Positions 19,304 to 28,023 of a DNA stretch of 64,000 bases are shown piece after piece. Within the stretch, counting starts at the first letter, position 1; each line of letters starts with the position of its first letter. Source of the stretch: Planctomycetota bacterium (GTDB lineage: Bacteria; Planctomycetota; PLA2; JAEUHO01); assembly GCA_964228555.1 (NCBI GenBank), contig CAXQZU010000009.1, positions 14,778-78,777 of the forward strand, in the 5' to 3' direction. The translations under genes and the position numbers were made by a program. The notes beneath the pieces were generated by a model. That model was not told where the DNA came from and ran no database searches. It saw nothing but the letters and a program-made list of their open reading frames with translations.

Positions 19304-20136
19304 CACGGCCCCCTCACCGGGCGCTTGAGCGACAGCAGGTACTCGGCCAGCGCCTTGGCGTCCGGCGTGGCCACGAGTCGGGCCCCCTCGGGCAGGCCCA
19401 GCGCCTCGATGCCATCCTCGACCACCTCGCCCTGGTCGGGCGGCGGCTGGCAGAGCTGGCACTCGCGGATCAGGAACCAGGCTGCGCCCACGCCCAGGCA
19501 GAGCGAGAGTCCCAGCGCCGGCGTGAAGCCGAACATCAGCCAGCCCAGCACCGCGAAGGCAAGCGCCACGCCGCCCACCAGCAGCCATGCCTTGCCCGTC
19601 GGGAAGGGCCCGTCGTGCGCCGCGAGGCCCGGGCCGTCGGCCTCGGTGGTGACGCGGAACAGGTAGCGGTAGGGAGGCATCACGCTGCCCGGCGAGACGC
19701 TGCGCGGGTCGTAGAGGTGCCAGTAGTGCCACAGCACGCTCGGCAGCCGGTCGCCCACGCCGGTGAGGTCCGGGCCCGTGCGCTGCGTGCCGATCAGGGG
19801 CGGCCTCGACTGTGCGTACTCCTCGGCCCGCGTGGGCTCATCGAGGCCGAAGCGGGCGTCCGGCGCACGCACGGGCACCACGAGGCGATCGCCGCGCTGC
19901 TCGCGCAGCCGCTCGTCGCCGCGGATCTGCTGCGTGTGGCACACGACGCAGCCGTACGCCTTGAACACCTCCTCGCCGCGGCGCACCAGGTCCGTCGGCG
20001 TGCGCCGCGCATCCACGGGGTAGGCCTTGTCCATGTCGGCCGCGGGTGCCACGGCCACCAGCCACACCAGCACCACGTAGATGCAGAGGGGCAGCAGCAC
20101 GAGCGCGCGGTGGTTGCTGTGGATGTCGAAGGCCAT
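19303..20136 (-). CDS. ccoO: cbb3-type cytochrome c oxidase subunit II (CcoO/FixO) with ~70-aa C-terminal extension containing an extra TM helix and CQLC
   Basis: MAFDIHSNHRALV, heme site YGCVVCHTQQIR, LWHYWHLYDP, GSVMPPY. The extension LLVGGVALAFAVLGWLMFGF...IRECQLCQ is not in canonical CcoO. Confidence 0.85.
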   Translation of the reverse strand: MAFDIHSNHRALVLLPLCIYVVLVWLVAVAPAADMDKAYPVDARRTPTDLVRRGEEVFKAYGCVVCHTQQIRGDERLREQRGDRLVVPVRAPDARFGLDEPTRAEEYAQSRPPLIGTQRTGPDLTGVGDRLPSVLWHYWHLYDPRSVSPGSVMPPYRYLFRVTTEADGPGLAAHDGPFPTGKAWLLVGGVALAFAVLGWLMFGFTPALGLSLCLGVGAAWFLIRECQLCQPPPDQGEVVEDGIEALGLPEGARLVATPDAKALAEYLLSLKRPVRGP

Positions 20137-20139
20137 GGC

Positions 20140-21603
20140 CTAGGAGCCCTCGCGCGCCGGCTCGGTGCCGGGGCTGCCGAAGATGTCGAGCAGCGCGCCG
20201 GGACGCATCTGGTAGATCGCGATGGCCGCCGCCACGTGCGCCGCGGCCATCAGGCAGCCGCCGACCACGCGCCACACCATGTAGGGCCGCATCACGCGCA
20301 CGGAGTCCATGAAGGACTGCCCCTCGACCCACGCTGCGCCCTGCTCCGCGCCGCCCAGGCACAGCGAGGCCACCATGATGGCTCCCCCGCCGAAGGCCAG
20401 CCAGTAGTGCAGGCCCACGAGCCCCACGGGCGGCTCGCGCCCGGTGATGCGCGGCACCAGCCCGTACATCGAGCCCCACAGCAGGAAGGACACGAAGAAG
20501 TACATGGCCGCGTGCGCGTGGCCCACCGTGTAGTGCGTGAGGTGCCAGCCGTCCTGCACGGCCCGCAGGCTCTGCAGCGAGCCCTGCGCCGAGACCAGCA
20601 CGTAGCCCAGCACGCCGGTGAGCACGAAGGGCAGCGAGTAGGACTGGCGGATGGCCACGCGCTCGCCCCACATCGTCAGCAGGAAGTTGCCCGAGGAGGC
20701 GAAGACCGGGACGATCATGGCCACGCTGAAGATCAGCGCGACGTTCTCCAGCCAGTCCGGGATGGCGGTGAACATGTAGTGGTGCGTGCCGATGAGCGTG
20801 TAGAAGACGAGGTGGGTGAAGAAGCCCAGCACGCCCAGCGCATACGAGTAGATGGGCTTGTTGAGCAGCTTGGGCAGGGTGTAGTAGGTCAGGCCCACGG
20901 CCAGCGGGGTGAACCACATGCCCACCGCGTTGTGCATGTAGTAGCCCTGCACGATGGTGTCGGCGAGGCCGCGCTGGAACATCGGCAGGTAGCCCATGAC
21001 CACCACCACCGCGATCCACGCGCAGGCCGCCAGCACGAACCAGCAGGAGATGTAGACGCCCTTCACCTGGCGCCGCGCCACGATGCGGTAGAAGGTCCCG
21101 AACAGCACCAGCACCGCCGCCGCGATGAGGCCGGCCGCCCAGACGGGGTACTCGCGGTACTCCCGGCTGGCGTTGAGCTGGCCCGCCAGCAGCGCGGCCG
21201 TGCCGCCCACCACGCCCGCGTTCCACAGCCACAGGGCGAGGTTGCCGGCCTTGAGCTCGGCCTCGTCCATGGTCACGCGCGCGCACTTGGGCACCACGTA
21301 CAGGGCCAGCGCGATGGACACCATCGAGGTCCAGCCGAACAGCATCGAGAGCGTGTGCACCGGGCGCAGGCGGCCGTAGGTGAGCAGGGCCGAGCCGCCG
21401 AGGAACTCGGGATCGACGTGGCGATAGCCCTCGATGAGGCCGGCCGCCGTGCCCAGCAGCAGCCAGAACACCGCGCTGAACAGCCAGCGATGCACCAGCC
21501 GGGCGAAGCGCGGGTCCGTGCCCGCGGCCGCCACGAACACCGGGATGCCGACGGGGATCTTCACGCGCGCGGGCTCCCGGCGGGCCACGGTGCATGGCCG
21601 CAC
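20140..21603 (-). CDS. ccoN: cbb3-type cytochrome c oxidase subunit I (CcoN)
   Basis: Heme-copper oxidase motifs GTHHYMF and WHLTHYTVGHAH, with 12 predicted TM helices. GTG start at 21603, alternative GTG at 21564; separated from ccoO by 3 nt. Confidence 0.9.
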   Translation of the reverse strand: MRPCTVARREPARVKIPVGIPVFVAAAGTDPRFARLVHRWLFSAVFWLLLGTAAGLIEGYRHVDPEFLGGSALLTYGRLRPVHTLSMLFGWTSMVSIALALYVVPKCARVTMDEAELKAGNLALWLWNAGVVGGTAALLAGQLNASREYREYPVWAAGLIAAAVLVLFGTFYRIVARRQVKGVYISCWFVLAACAWIAVVVVMGYLPMFQRGLADTIVQGYYMHNAVGMWFTPLAVGLTYYTLPKLLNKPIYSYALGVLGFFTHLVFYTLIGTHHYMFTAIPDWLENVALIFSVAMIVPVFASSGNFLLTMWGERVAIRQSYSLPFVLTGVLGYVLVSAQGSLQSLRAVQDGWHLTHYTVGHAHAAMYFFVSFLLWGSMYGLVPRITGREPPVGLVGLHYWLAFGGGAIMVASLCLGGAEQGAAWVEGQSFMDSVRVMRPYMVWRVVGGCLMAAAHVAAAIAIYQMRPGALLDIFGSPGTEPAREGS

Positions 21604-21707
21604 GCCTCGCGGGCACGGTACCGCAGGGCCGGCCCTCGGGCAACTGCGGCGTGGCGCCGCGCGCGCCGCCTGCGGCGTACGATGCGTGCCCCTCCCCGGA
21701 GCCCGCC

Positions 21708-22025
21708 ATGACGCGTCTCGCCACCCTGCTCTGCCTCGTTCCCAGCGCCCTGCTGGCCGTGCTCCTGCTGGGGCCCGGCACCGCGCCGGCGGCCCCGTCG
21801 CGGCCGGAGGTCGCCTACGAGTACAAGCACCTGATCCTGCCCGTGGAGCGCCGCCTCGAGGCGTACGAGAAGGCGGACGTGCTGCTGCTGGAGGCCCTGC
21901 GCCGCAGCGGCGAGGAGGGCTGGGAGCTCGTCTCGGCCTACGAGCCGCCCAACGGCGTGATGGTGGGCCAGCGCGCCAGCGTCGAGTTCTGGCTCAAGCG
22001 CGCCTACGTGCCCGGCACGCGCTAG
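21708..22025 (+). CDS. DUF4177-like small secreted protein
   Basis: ATG at 21708 inside ORF 21594..22025. Signal peptide MTRLATLLCLVPSALLAVLLLG, then EYKHLILP...EEGWELVSAYEP typical of DUF4177. Divergent from ccoN. Confidence 0.55.
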   Translation: MTRLATLLCLVPSALLAVLLLGPGTAPAAPSRPEVAYEYKHLILPVERRLEAYEKADVLLLEALRRSGEEGWELVSAYEPPNGVMVGQRASVEFWLKRAYVPGTR

Positions 22026-22744
22026 CGCGGAGGGGCCGCGCCGGGCAGGTCCTCGGGGCACTGCTCGGCGGGGATGCCGAAGGGGCAGCCGTAGCCGGGC
22101 ACGGGCCGCAGCGGCACCGCGACGGGGCGCCCGGCCACCACGTCCTCCAGCGCGCCCGGCAGCCACGCGGCCGTGGGCTTCTTGAGGCTGTCGTCGAAGG
22201 TGCCGCGGTAGCGCAGCTCGCCGTTGGCGTCCACGATGGCAAACTGCACGGCCTCGCGGAAGCCCAGCTGCTTGCACAGGCGCTGGGTGGGATCGTGCAG
22301 CACGCCGTAGGGCGGCAGGCCCAGCGGGGTGCGCGGCGCGCCGTCCACCGTGCGGCTCCACGCCGCGCGCAGCCGCGCCGCGATCGCCTCGCGCGTGTCG
22401 CGGCCGTCGCCCGCCACCGCGAGGAAGGCGACGCCTTGCGGCTTCCACTGGCGGACCAGCGGCAGCAGGCGCTCGTCGACGTCGTCCACGCACGGGCACT
22501 CCACGCTCCAGGCGTAGAACACCGTCGCCTTCGCGCCCAGCAGCGAGTGCAGGCGCAACGGCGTGCCCGAGAGGTTGGTCACCTCCTGGTCCTCGAGCGG
22601 CTGGCCCACCTCCAGCTTGGCGGGCCCCTGCCGGGCCAGGGCTGTGCCCACAGGATCCTCCCCCACCTGCGCCGCCACGGCCCACGCGCACAGGCCCACC
22701 ACCAGCAGGGCCACCCAGAGGTCGAGGCGACGCAGCAACCGCAT
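22022..22744 (-). CDS. thioredoxin-fold (redoxin/TlpA/Sco-like) protein with signal peptide
   Basis: Signal LWVALLVVGLCAWAVAA; thioredoxin-like core with an unusual WSVECPCV (CPC) active site; extra C-terminal CPFGIPAEQCPE. Confidence 0.6.
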   Translation of the reverse strand: MRLLRRLDLWVALLVVGLCAWAVAAQVGEDPVGTALARQGPAKLEVGQPLEDQEVTNLSGTPLRLHSLLGAKATVFYAWSVECPCVDDVDERLLPLVRQWKPQGVAFLAVAGDGRDTREAIAARLRAAWSRTVDGAPRTPLGLPPYGVLHDPTQRLCKQLGFREAVQFAIVDANGELRYRGTFDDSLKKPTAAWLPGALEDVVAGRPVAVPLRPVPGYGCPFGIPAEQCPEDLPGAAPPR

Positions 22745-22807
22745 GCCCGCAGGCTACCGCGCAGGCGGCGCCCTCCCGAGGGCAACCGGCCCCGGTAGGG
22801 TGAGCGC

Positions 22808-24034
22808 ATGGCCATCGACGCTGCCTCGCCCTGGCCCGGCCTGCCGCTGGGCGCAGCCCGCGAGGAGGCGGCGCGCCTGCTCGCGAGGCTGGAGCGCAAC
22901 GAGAGCGCGCTGCGGCTGGCCGTGGCCGGCGAGGCGCGCCGCATGGCGCCCCTCGTGCGGCACCTGCACGTGCTGGCCACCGCTCACGCCGCGGCGCCGT
23001 TGCTGGAGGCCCTCGCGAGCGCCCCGCGCGTGACCCGCGTGAGCGCCCGCTCCGCATGGCATGTGGAGGTGGAGCTGGCCTGCGGGCTGCCGGTGCTGCT
23101 GGAGGTGCTGGCCGACGAGCAGGACTTCGTGCCGGCGCTGGTGCGGGCGACGGGGCCCGCAGGGCATCTGGCCACCCTGCAGGCGCGCGCCGTGGCGCAA
23201 GGACTGTCCTGGCGTGGCGACGCACTCTGCGGGCCCGAGGGTCGCATCGCCCTGCTCGAGGAGGCCGATCTCTACGCCGCCCTCGGGCTGGACCGGCCCA
23301 TCCCCGAGCAGCGCGAGCAGTGGGTGCCGGGGCTCGAGGTGCACGAGCCGGTGGCGATGGCCGACATGCTGGGCGTGGCCGGCGTGCTCACCCGCGAGGC
23401 TGGCGGCCGCTTCACGGTGGCCGAGATGGCGACGCGCGCCGCGCGCGAGGGCTACGGCTGGATGCTGGCCCGCGTGGGCGCCGAGGCCGGGGCCGGCCCG
23501 CACGAGGCGCTCGCGGCGGCCGTGGCCGGGTGCGAGCACGCCGTGGCCGCCGACCCCGAGACGGGCCTGGAGGCGCGCGCGAGCGTGCGGCTCATGGTCG
23601 AGGCGCGGGCGGCCGGAGGGCCGCACGACCTCACGAGCCCCGCCGGGACCCTGCGCTGCCTGCGCATGCGCCCGGACGAGGGTGCGGGCGCCCTGCGCGG
23701 CGGCGCCTTCGACGTCGTGCTGCTGGAGGGGCCCGCGGAGGACGCGACCGAGCGTGGCCGGCTGCTCGCCGCGCTGGCGAGCACGGGTGCTGCGCTGTGC
23801 GTGCGACCGCCGCCCCACCATCCGCAGCCCGAGCCGCGCCTGCTGGCCGAGGCCGTGGCCCGTGGCGTGCCGCTGCTGCTGCTGGCCGACGCGCATGACC
23901 TCGTGGGGCTGGACCAGCTGGTGCTGGGCGTGGGCCTGTGCCGGCGCGCGGGCGCCCCGGCCGCGACGGTGCTGAACGCCTGGCCGCTGGCGCGTCTGGA
24001 GGCGTGGACGGCCGGGCGGCGAGCACGCGCGTGA
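22808..24034 (+). CDS. hypothetical protein with a degenerate DNA polymerase beta/PolX-like region
   Basis: 408-aa ATG ORF. The stretch HLATLQARAVAQGLSW...IALLEEADLYAALGLDRPIPEQRE resembles the PolX thumb-to-PHP linker (TEeeIy.algLpyIpPElRE); no PHP motifs downstream. Its stop is coupled to nth by a GTGA overlap. Confidence 0.5.
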   Translation: MAIDAASPWPGLPLGAAREEAARLLARLERNESALRLAVAGEARRMAPLVRHLHVLATAHAAAPLLEALASAPRVTRVSARSAWHVEVELACGLPVLLEVLADEQDFVPALVRATGPAGHLATLQARAVAQGLSWRGDALCGPEGRIALLEEADLYAALGLDRPIPEQREQWVPGLEVHEPVAMADMLGVAGVLTREAGGRFTVAEMATRAAREGYGWMLARVGAEAGAGPHEALAAAVAGCEHAVAADPETGLEARASVRLMVEARAAGGPHDLTSPAGTLRCLRMRPDEGAGALRGGAFDVVLLEGPAEDATERGRLLAALASTGAALCVRPPPHHPQPEPRLLAEAVARGVPLLLLADAHDLVGLDQLVLGVGLCRRAGAPAATVLNAWPLARLEAWTAGRRARA

Positions 24035-24732
24035 GCGCCCGGCGGCGCCGCCCCCCTCCGCCTGCACGCGTGGCCGCCGCCGGGTCGGTGCTCGCCACGC
24101 TGGAGGCGCGGTATCCCGGCGCCGAGTGCGCGCTGCACCATCGCAACGCCTTCGAGCTGCTGGCGGCCACCATCCTGTCGGCGCAGTGCACCGACGCACG
24201 CGTCAACCAGGTGACGCCCGCGCTCTTCGAGCGCTGGCCCACCCCGCACGCGCTGGCGCGTGCCAGCCTGCGCGAGCTCGAGGCCGTGGTGCGGCCCACG
24301 GGCTTCTTCCGCAACAAGGCGCGCAACCTGCAGGGCATGGCCCAGCGGCTCGTGGAGGCCTACGGCGGCGAGGTGCCCGAGGCCATGGCCGACTTGCTCA
24401 CGCTGCCGGGCGTGGCCCGCAAGACGGCCAACGTGGTGCGCGGCGTGGTGTGGGGCCTCGCCGGGGGCGTGGTGGTGGACACGCACGTGGGTCGCCTCGC
24501 ACGGCGGCTGGGCTGGACGCGGCATGAGGATCCCGTGAAGGTGGAGCAGGACCTCATGGCGCTGTTCCCCTCCACGGCGTGGATCGGGCTCAGCCACGTG
24601 CTGATCCAGCACGGACGCGACCTGTGCCGCGCGCGTGCGCCGCGCTGCAGCGGGTGCCCCGTCGCGGCCCAGTGCCCGGCTGCCGGCGGGCCGCCGCAGC
24701 GGCCGGCCCGCCCCCGCCGCACGACCGGCTAG
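24031..24732 (+). CDS. nth: endonuclease III (DNA glycosylase/AP lyase)
   Basis: FELLAATILSAQCTDARVN, LPGVARKTANVV HhH-GPD motif, VVDTHVGRLARRLG, C-x6-C-x2-C-x5-C iron-sulfur cluster. GTG at 24031 overlaps the upstream stop. Confidence 0.9.
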   Translation: MSARRRRPPPPARVAAAGSVLATLEARYPGAECALHHRNAFELLAATILSAQCTDARVNQVTPALFERWPTPHALARASLRELEAVVRPTGFFRNKARNLQGMAQRLVEAYGGEVPEAMADLLTLPGVARKTANVVRGVVWGLAGGVVVDTHVGRLARRLGWTRHEDPVKVEQDLMALFPSTAWIGLSHVLIQHGRDLCRARAPRCSGCPVAAQCPAAGGPPQRPARPRRTTG

Positions 24733-24815
24733 GCCCCCGCGCGGCAGCGCGGGCTGGCGCTGGGCAGGGCCGGGGCGGCTGCTAGCATCCGACGCGTTCC
24801 CCCCTGGAGACCGCC

Positions 24816-25514
24816 ATGGCCCCCACCCACGAGTGGACCGCACCCGCCGACGCCGCCACCAGCGAGCGTGGCAGCTTCATCAAGCGCACCTACGGCCACC
24901 TGCTGGGCGCCGTGCTGGGCTTCGTGCTGGTGGAGCTGCTGCTGTTCAAGCTGGGCGTCGCCGAGGGCATCGTGAAGGCCGTCGCGGCCAACCGCGCCAT
25001 GCTCTGGCTGTTCGTGGGCGGCTTCCTGCTGGTGAGCTGGTTTGCCACGCGCATCGCGGTGCGCTCGGTGTCGGTGCCGATGCAGTACCTGGCGCTCGGT
25101 GCCTACGTGCTGTTCGAGGCGGTGCTCTTCGTGCCCATCCTGTGGGTGGCCAACACCTACGCGCCCGGTGCCATCACCAGCGCCGGCCTCATCACCGTGC
25201 TGGGCTTCGCCGGCCTCACGGCCATCGCCTTCACGCTGGGCACGGACTTCAGCTTCCTGCGCGGGCTGGTGCGCTGGGGCTTCTTCTGCGCCTTCCTCGC
25301 CATCGTGGCCGCCCTGATCTTCGGCTTCGAGCTGGGCACCTGGTTCAGCGTCATCATGGTCGCGCTGGCCGGCGCGGCGATCCTCAAGGACACGAGCGAC
25401 GTGCTGCTGCACCTGCCGTCGGACCGGCACGTGTTCGGCGCGCTCAAGCTGTTCAGCTCGGTCGCCGTGATGTTCCTCTACATCCTCGACATCCTGCTGC
25501 GCTCCCGCCGCTAG
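24816..25514 (+). CDS. Bax inhibitor-1/YccA family membrane protein
   Basis: FIKRTYGHLLGAVLGF signature, 7 TM helices, conserved C-terminal D...L.L..D. Confidence 0.85.
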   Translation: MAPTHEWTAPADAATSERGSFIKRTYGHLLGAVLGFVLVELLLFKLGVAEGIVKAVAANRAMLWLFVGGFLLVSWFATRIAVRSVSVPMQYLALGAYVLFEAVLFVPILWVANTYAPGAITSAGLITVLGFAGLTAIAFTLGTDFSFLRGLVRWGFFCAFLAIVAALIFGFELGTWFSVIMVALAGAAILKDTSDVLLHLPSDRHVFGALKLFSSVAVMFLYILDILLRSRR

Positions 25515-25522
25515 GGCGCGGG

Positions 25523-26944
25523 ATGCGCGCGTTCGCCCGGGTCACGCCGGCGCTCCTCGAGCGGCTCGCGTCCGCCGTGGGCCCCGCGCACGTGCGTGCG
25601 GACGCGGCCGCGCAGGAGCGCTACGGGCAGGACGAGACCGAGGACCTCCTCTACCGCCCCGAGGCCGTGGTGTGCCCGGCCTCCACCGCCGAGGTGTCCG
25701 CCGTGCTGGCGCTGGCCAGCGCAGCCGGCGTGCCGGTGACCCCGCGCGGCGCAGGCAGCGGGCTCTCCGGCGGTGCGCTGCCCGTGTTCGGCGGCCTCGT
25801 GCTGTCGCTGGAGCGCATGGATCGCGTGCTGGAGCTGGACCTGGACAACCGCATGGTGGTGGTGCAGCCGGGCGTGCTCACGGGCGAGATCCACCGGCGG
25901 GCGGCCGAGCACGGGCTCGCCTACCCGCCTGACCCCGCCAGCAGCGCCTACTGCATGATCGGCGGCAACCTGGCCGAGAACTCCGGCGGGCCCCACGCGG
26001 TCAAGCACGGCCTCACGCGCGACCACGTGCTGGCGCTGGAGGCCGTGCGCATGGACGGGAGCGTGTTCCGCACCGGGGGCAAGCTGAAGAAGGACGTGGC
26101 CGGATACGACCTCACGCACCTGCTCGTGGGCAGCGAGGGCACGCTGGCGGTGATCACCGAGGCCACGCTGCGACTCGTGCCCGCACCCCGCGCCCGCCGG
26201 CTCGTGCTGGCCCCCTTCGCCAGCCTCGAGGCCGCAGCGCAGGGCATCGTGGCGGTGTACCGCTCGCGCGTGACCCCCTCGGCGCTGGAGATCATGGAGC
26301 GCGCCGCCATCGAGGCCGCCGCCCGCCACCTGGGACGGAGCGTGCCGGGCCAGGACGCCGAGGCCCTGCTCTACGTCGAGTGTGACGGGATGGACGAGCC
26401 CACGGTCGAGGCCGAGGTGCAGGTGCTGGGCGAGGTGCTGCTGGAGGCGGGGGCCGGCGACGTGCTGGTGGCCGGCACGCCGCAGCGCGCACAGGAGCTG
26501 TGGGGCGTGCGCAAGGCCATCGGGGAGGCCGTGCGTGCCATCGGTCCCTACGTGGAGTGCGACACCTCCGTGCCCCCCACCGCCGTGCCCCGCCTCATCG
26601 CGGGCGTGCGCGAGGTGGCCCGGCGCCATGGCGTGCGCCTCGTGGCCTACGGCCACGCCGGCGACGGCAACATCCACGTCAACGTGTTCGCGGGCTCCGC
26701 GCCGCGCGAGGTGCTGGAGGCGGCCATCGAGGGCATCCTGCGCGTGGCCACGGGCCTGGGCGGCACCATCACCGGGGAGCATGGCGTGGGCTGCGTGGCC
26801 ATGCGCCACCTGCACCTGTGCCGTGACCCGGTGGCGCTGGGCCTCATGCGCGCCATCAAGCAGGCCTTCGACCCGGCGGGCCTGCTCAACCCGGGCAAGG
26901 TGCTGGACGAGCCCATCCCGGCCCCGGCCCACCTCGGCGCCTAG
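25523..26944 (+). CDS. FAD-linked oxidase (GlcD / D-lactate dehydrogenase family)
   Basis: ATG at 25523 in ORF 24635..26944. FAD-binding PCMH domain RGAGSGLSGGALP; C-terminal EHGVG and LNPGK motifs. Confidence 0.85.
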   Translation: MRAFARVTPALLERLASAVGPAHVRADAAAQERYGQDETEDLLYRPEAVVCPASTAEVSAVLALASAAGVPVTPRGAGSGLSGGALPVFGGLVLSLERMDRVLELDLDNRMVVVQPGVLTGEIHRRAAEHGLAYPPDPASSAYCMIGGNLAENSGGPHAVKHGLTRDHVLALEAVRMDGSVFRTGGKLKKDVAGYDLTHLLVGSEGTLAVITEATLRLVPAPRARRLVLAPFASLEAAAQGIVAVYRSRVTPSALEIMERAAIEAAARHLGRSVPGQDAEALLYVECDGMDEPTVEAEVQVLGEVLLEAGAGDVLVAGTPQRAQELWGVRKAIGEAVRAIGPYVECDTSVPPTAVPRLIAGVREVARRHGVRLVAYGHAGDGNIHVNVFAGSAPREVLEAAIEGILRVATGLGGTITGEHGVGCVAMRHLHLCRDPVALGLMRAIKQAFDPAGLLNPGKVLDEPIPAPAHLGA

Positions 26945-27025
26945 CCCCCGTCCGCCTGCGGCAGAGGTGGGGCCCGTGCACGCACCCGGGCATGGTGGTC
27001 ACGCCCCGTCGCGGGCGCGTGCCCC

Positions 27026-27871
27026 ATGATCCCCCTGCTGCCCACGCCCTACGTCGACCACCTGCTGCACCCGCGCGGCGTGGGCGATGTCACCCTCGCG
27101 CAGGCCGCAGGCGAGGTGGGCAGCATGGTGGGTGGTGGCGGCGTGCGCGTCACGCTGGCCTGGCGCGAGGTGGGGCGCCGCGCCGTGCTCGACGAGGTGA
27201 TGGCCCGCGCGTTCGGCAGCCATGCCCTGCTGGCGCCCGCCTCCGCGCTGGTGACCGCGGCCCTGGGCATGCACGAGGAGCAGGCCAAGGCGCTGCAGGC
27301 CCGCGACCTCGCCAGCCTGCTGCGGGGCCCGGGCGCGCAGGCCCCTGCGCTGCCCGCCGCCGTGGAGCGCGGCTGCGCCCTCGTCGCCGAGGCCTTCCTG
27401 CGCGCGCTGGGCGTGGAGAGCGCGGGTCGCCCGGCCGACCCGCTGGGCGTGGGCCTGCTGGTGTGCCGCTGCCTGGGCGTAGGCGACCGGCAGGTGCGGC
27501 AGGCCGTGCGCGAGGGCGCGCGCACGCCCGAGCAGGTGGGCGACCGGTGCCGGGCAGGCACCGGATGCCGCTCGTGCCGCCCCGACTTGTGGACGCTCAT
27601 CGACGAGGCGGTCCCGCTGCAGCCCGTGGCCGGGGGCGGGGACCCCCACCCCGTGGCGCGCATCGTGTGGCTGCACGGGGGCCGTGCGCTGGGATGCCTG
27701 GGCATGCGGCTGCGCCGGGTGCGGGTGCTGGACGATGCCGTCGAGATCGCGGTGGAGCCGGCGCGGGCGCGCCCGGACACGCAGGAGATGGGCGCCGTGG
27801 CCATCGTGCGCCACCTGCTGCGCGAGACCGTGGGCCCGCAGGTGCCGGTGCGGCTCGACGCCGGGCCCTAG
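27026..27871 (+). CDS. NifU-N-like / BFD-like [2Fe-2S]-binding domain protein
   Basis: N-terminal IscU/NifU-like region (LHPRGVGDV...) without canonical Cys ligands; BFD-like motif VCRCLGVGDRQVRQAV...CRAGTGCRSCRP. Confidence 0.55.
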   Translation: MIPLLPTPYVDHLLHPRGVGDVTLAQAAGEVGSMVGGGGVRVTLAWREVGRRAVLDEVMARAFGSHALLAPASALVTAALGMHEEQAKALQARDLASLLRGPGAQAPALPAAVERGCALVAEAFLRALGVESAGRPADPLGVGLLVCRCLGVGDRQVRQAVREGARTPEQVGDRCRAGTGCRSCRPDLWTLIDEAVPLQPVAGGGDPHPVARIVWLHGGRALGCLGMRLRRVRVLDDAVEIAVEPARARPDTQEMGAVAIVRHLLRETVGPQVPVRLDAGP

Positions 27872-28023
27872 GGTCCGGCCGCGGGCGCGGGGCTCCACTG
27901 GCCCGATCGCGCAGCCGATCCACCGTGGTGGTGGCCCAGGAGCGCCCGCGGCTCCCCTCCCGCGGCGGCAGCCCCGGGAGCCCCTGGCCGGAAGCCAGCG
28001 TGGGGCCCGGCAGGAGGCGCGCG

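Noticed and set aside
16100-19666. 1188-aa plus-strand ORF overlapping tRNA-Lys and the CcoP-like gene
   Set aside because: Gly/Arg-rich, no motifs, antisense to a frame with CxxCH and a triplicated domain. It overlaps a tRNA.
19064-19732. Full 222-aa minus ORF upstream of the CcoQ-like peptide
   Set aside because: The N-terminal 140 aa are Arg/Gly/Pro-rich and overlap ccoO in another frame. Only the C-terminal 57-79 aa, coupled to the ccoO stop, look like a real TM peptide.
19615-21781. 698-aa plus ORF and 647-aa minus ORF across ccoNO
   Set aside because: Out of frame or antisense to ccoN/ccoO, which have unambiguous heme-copper oxidase motifs.
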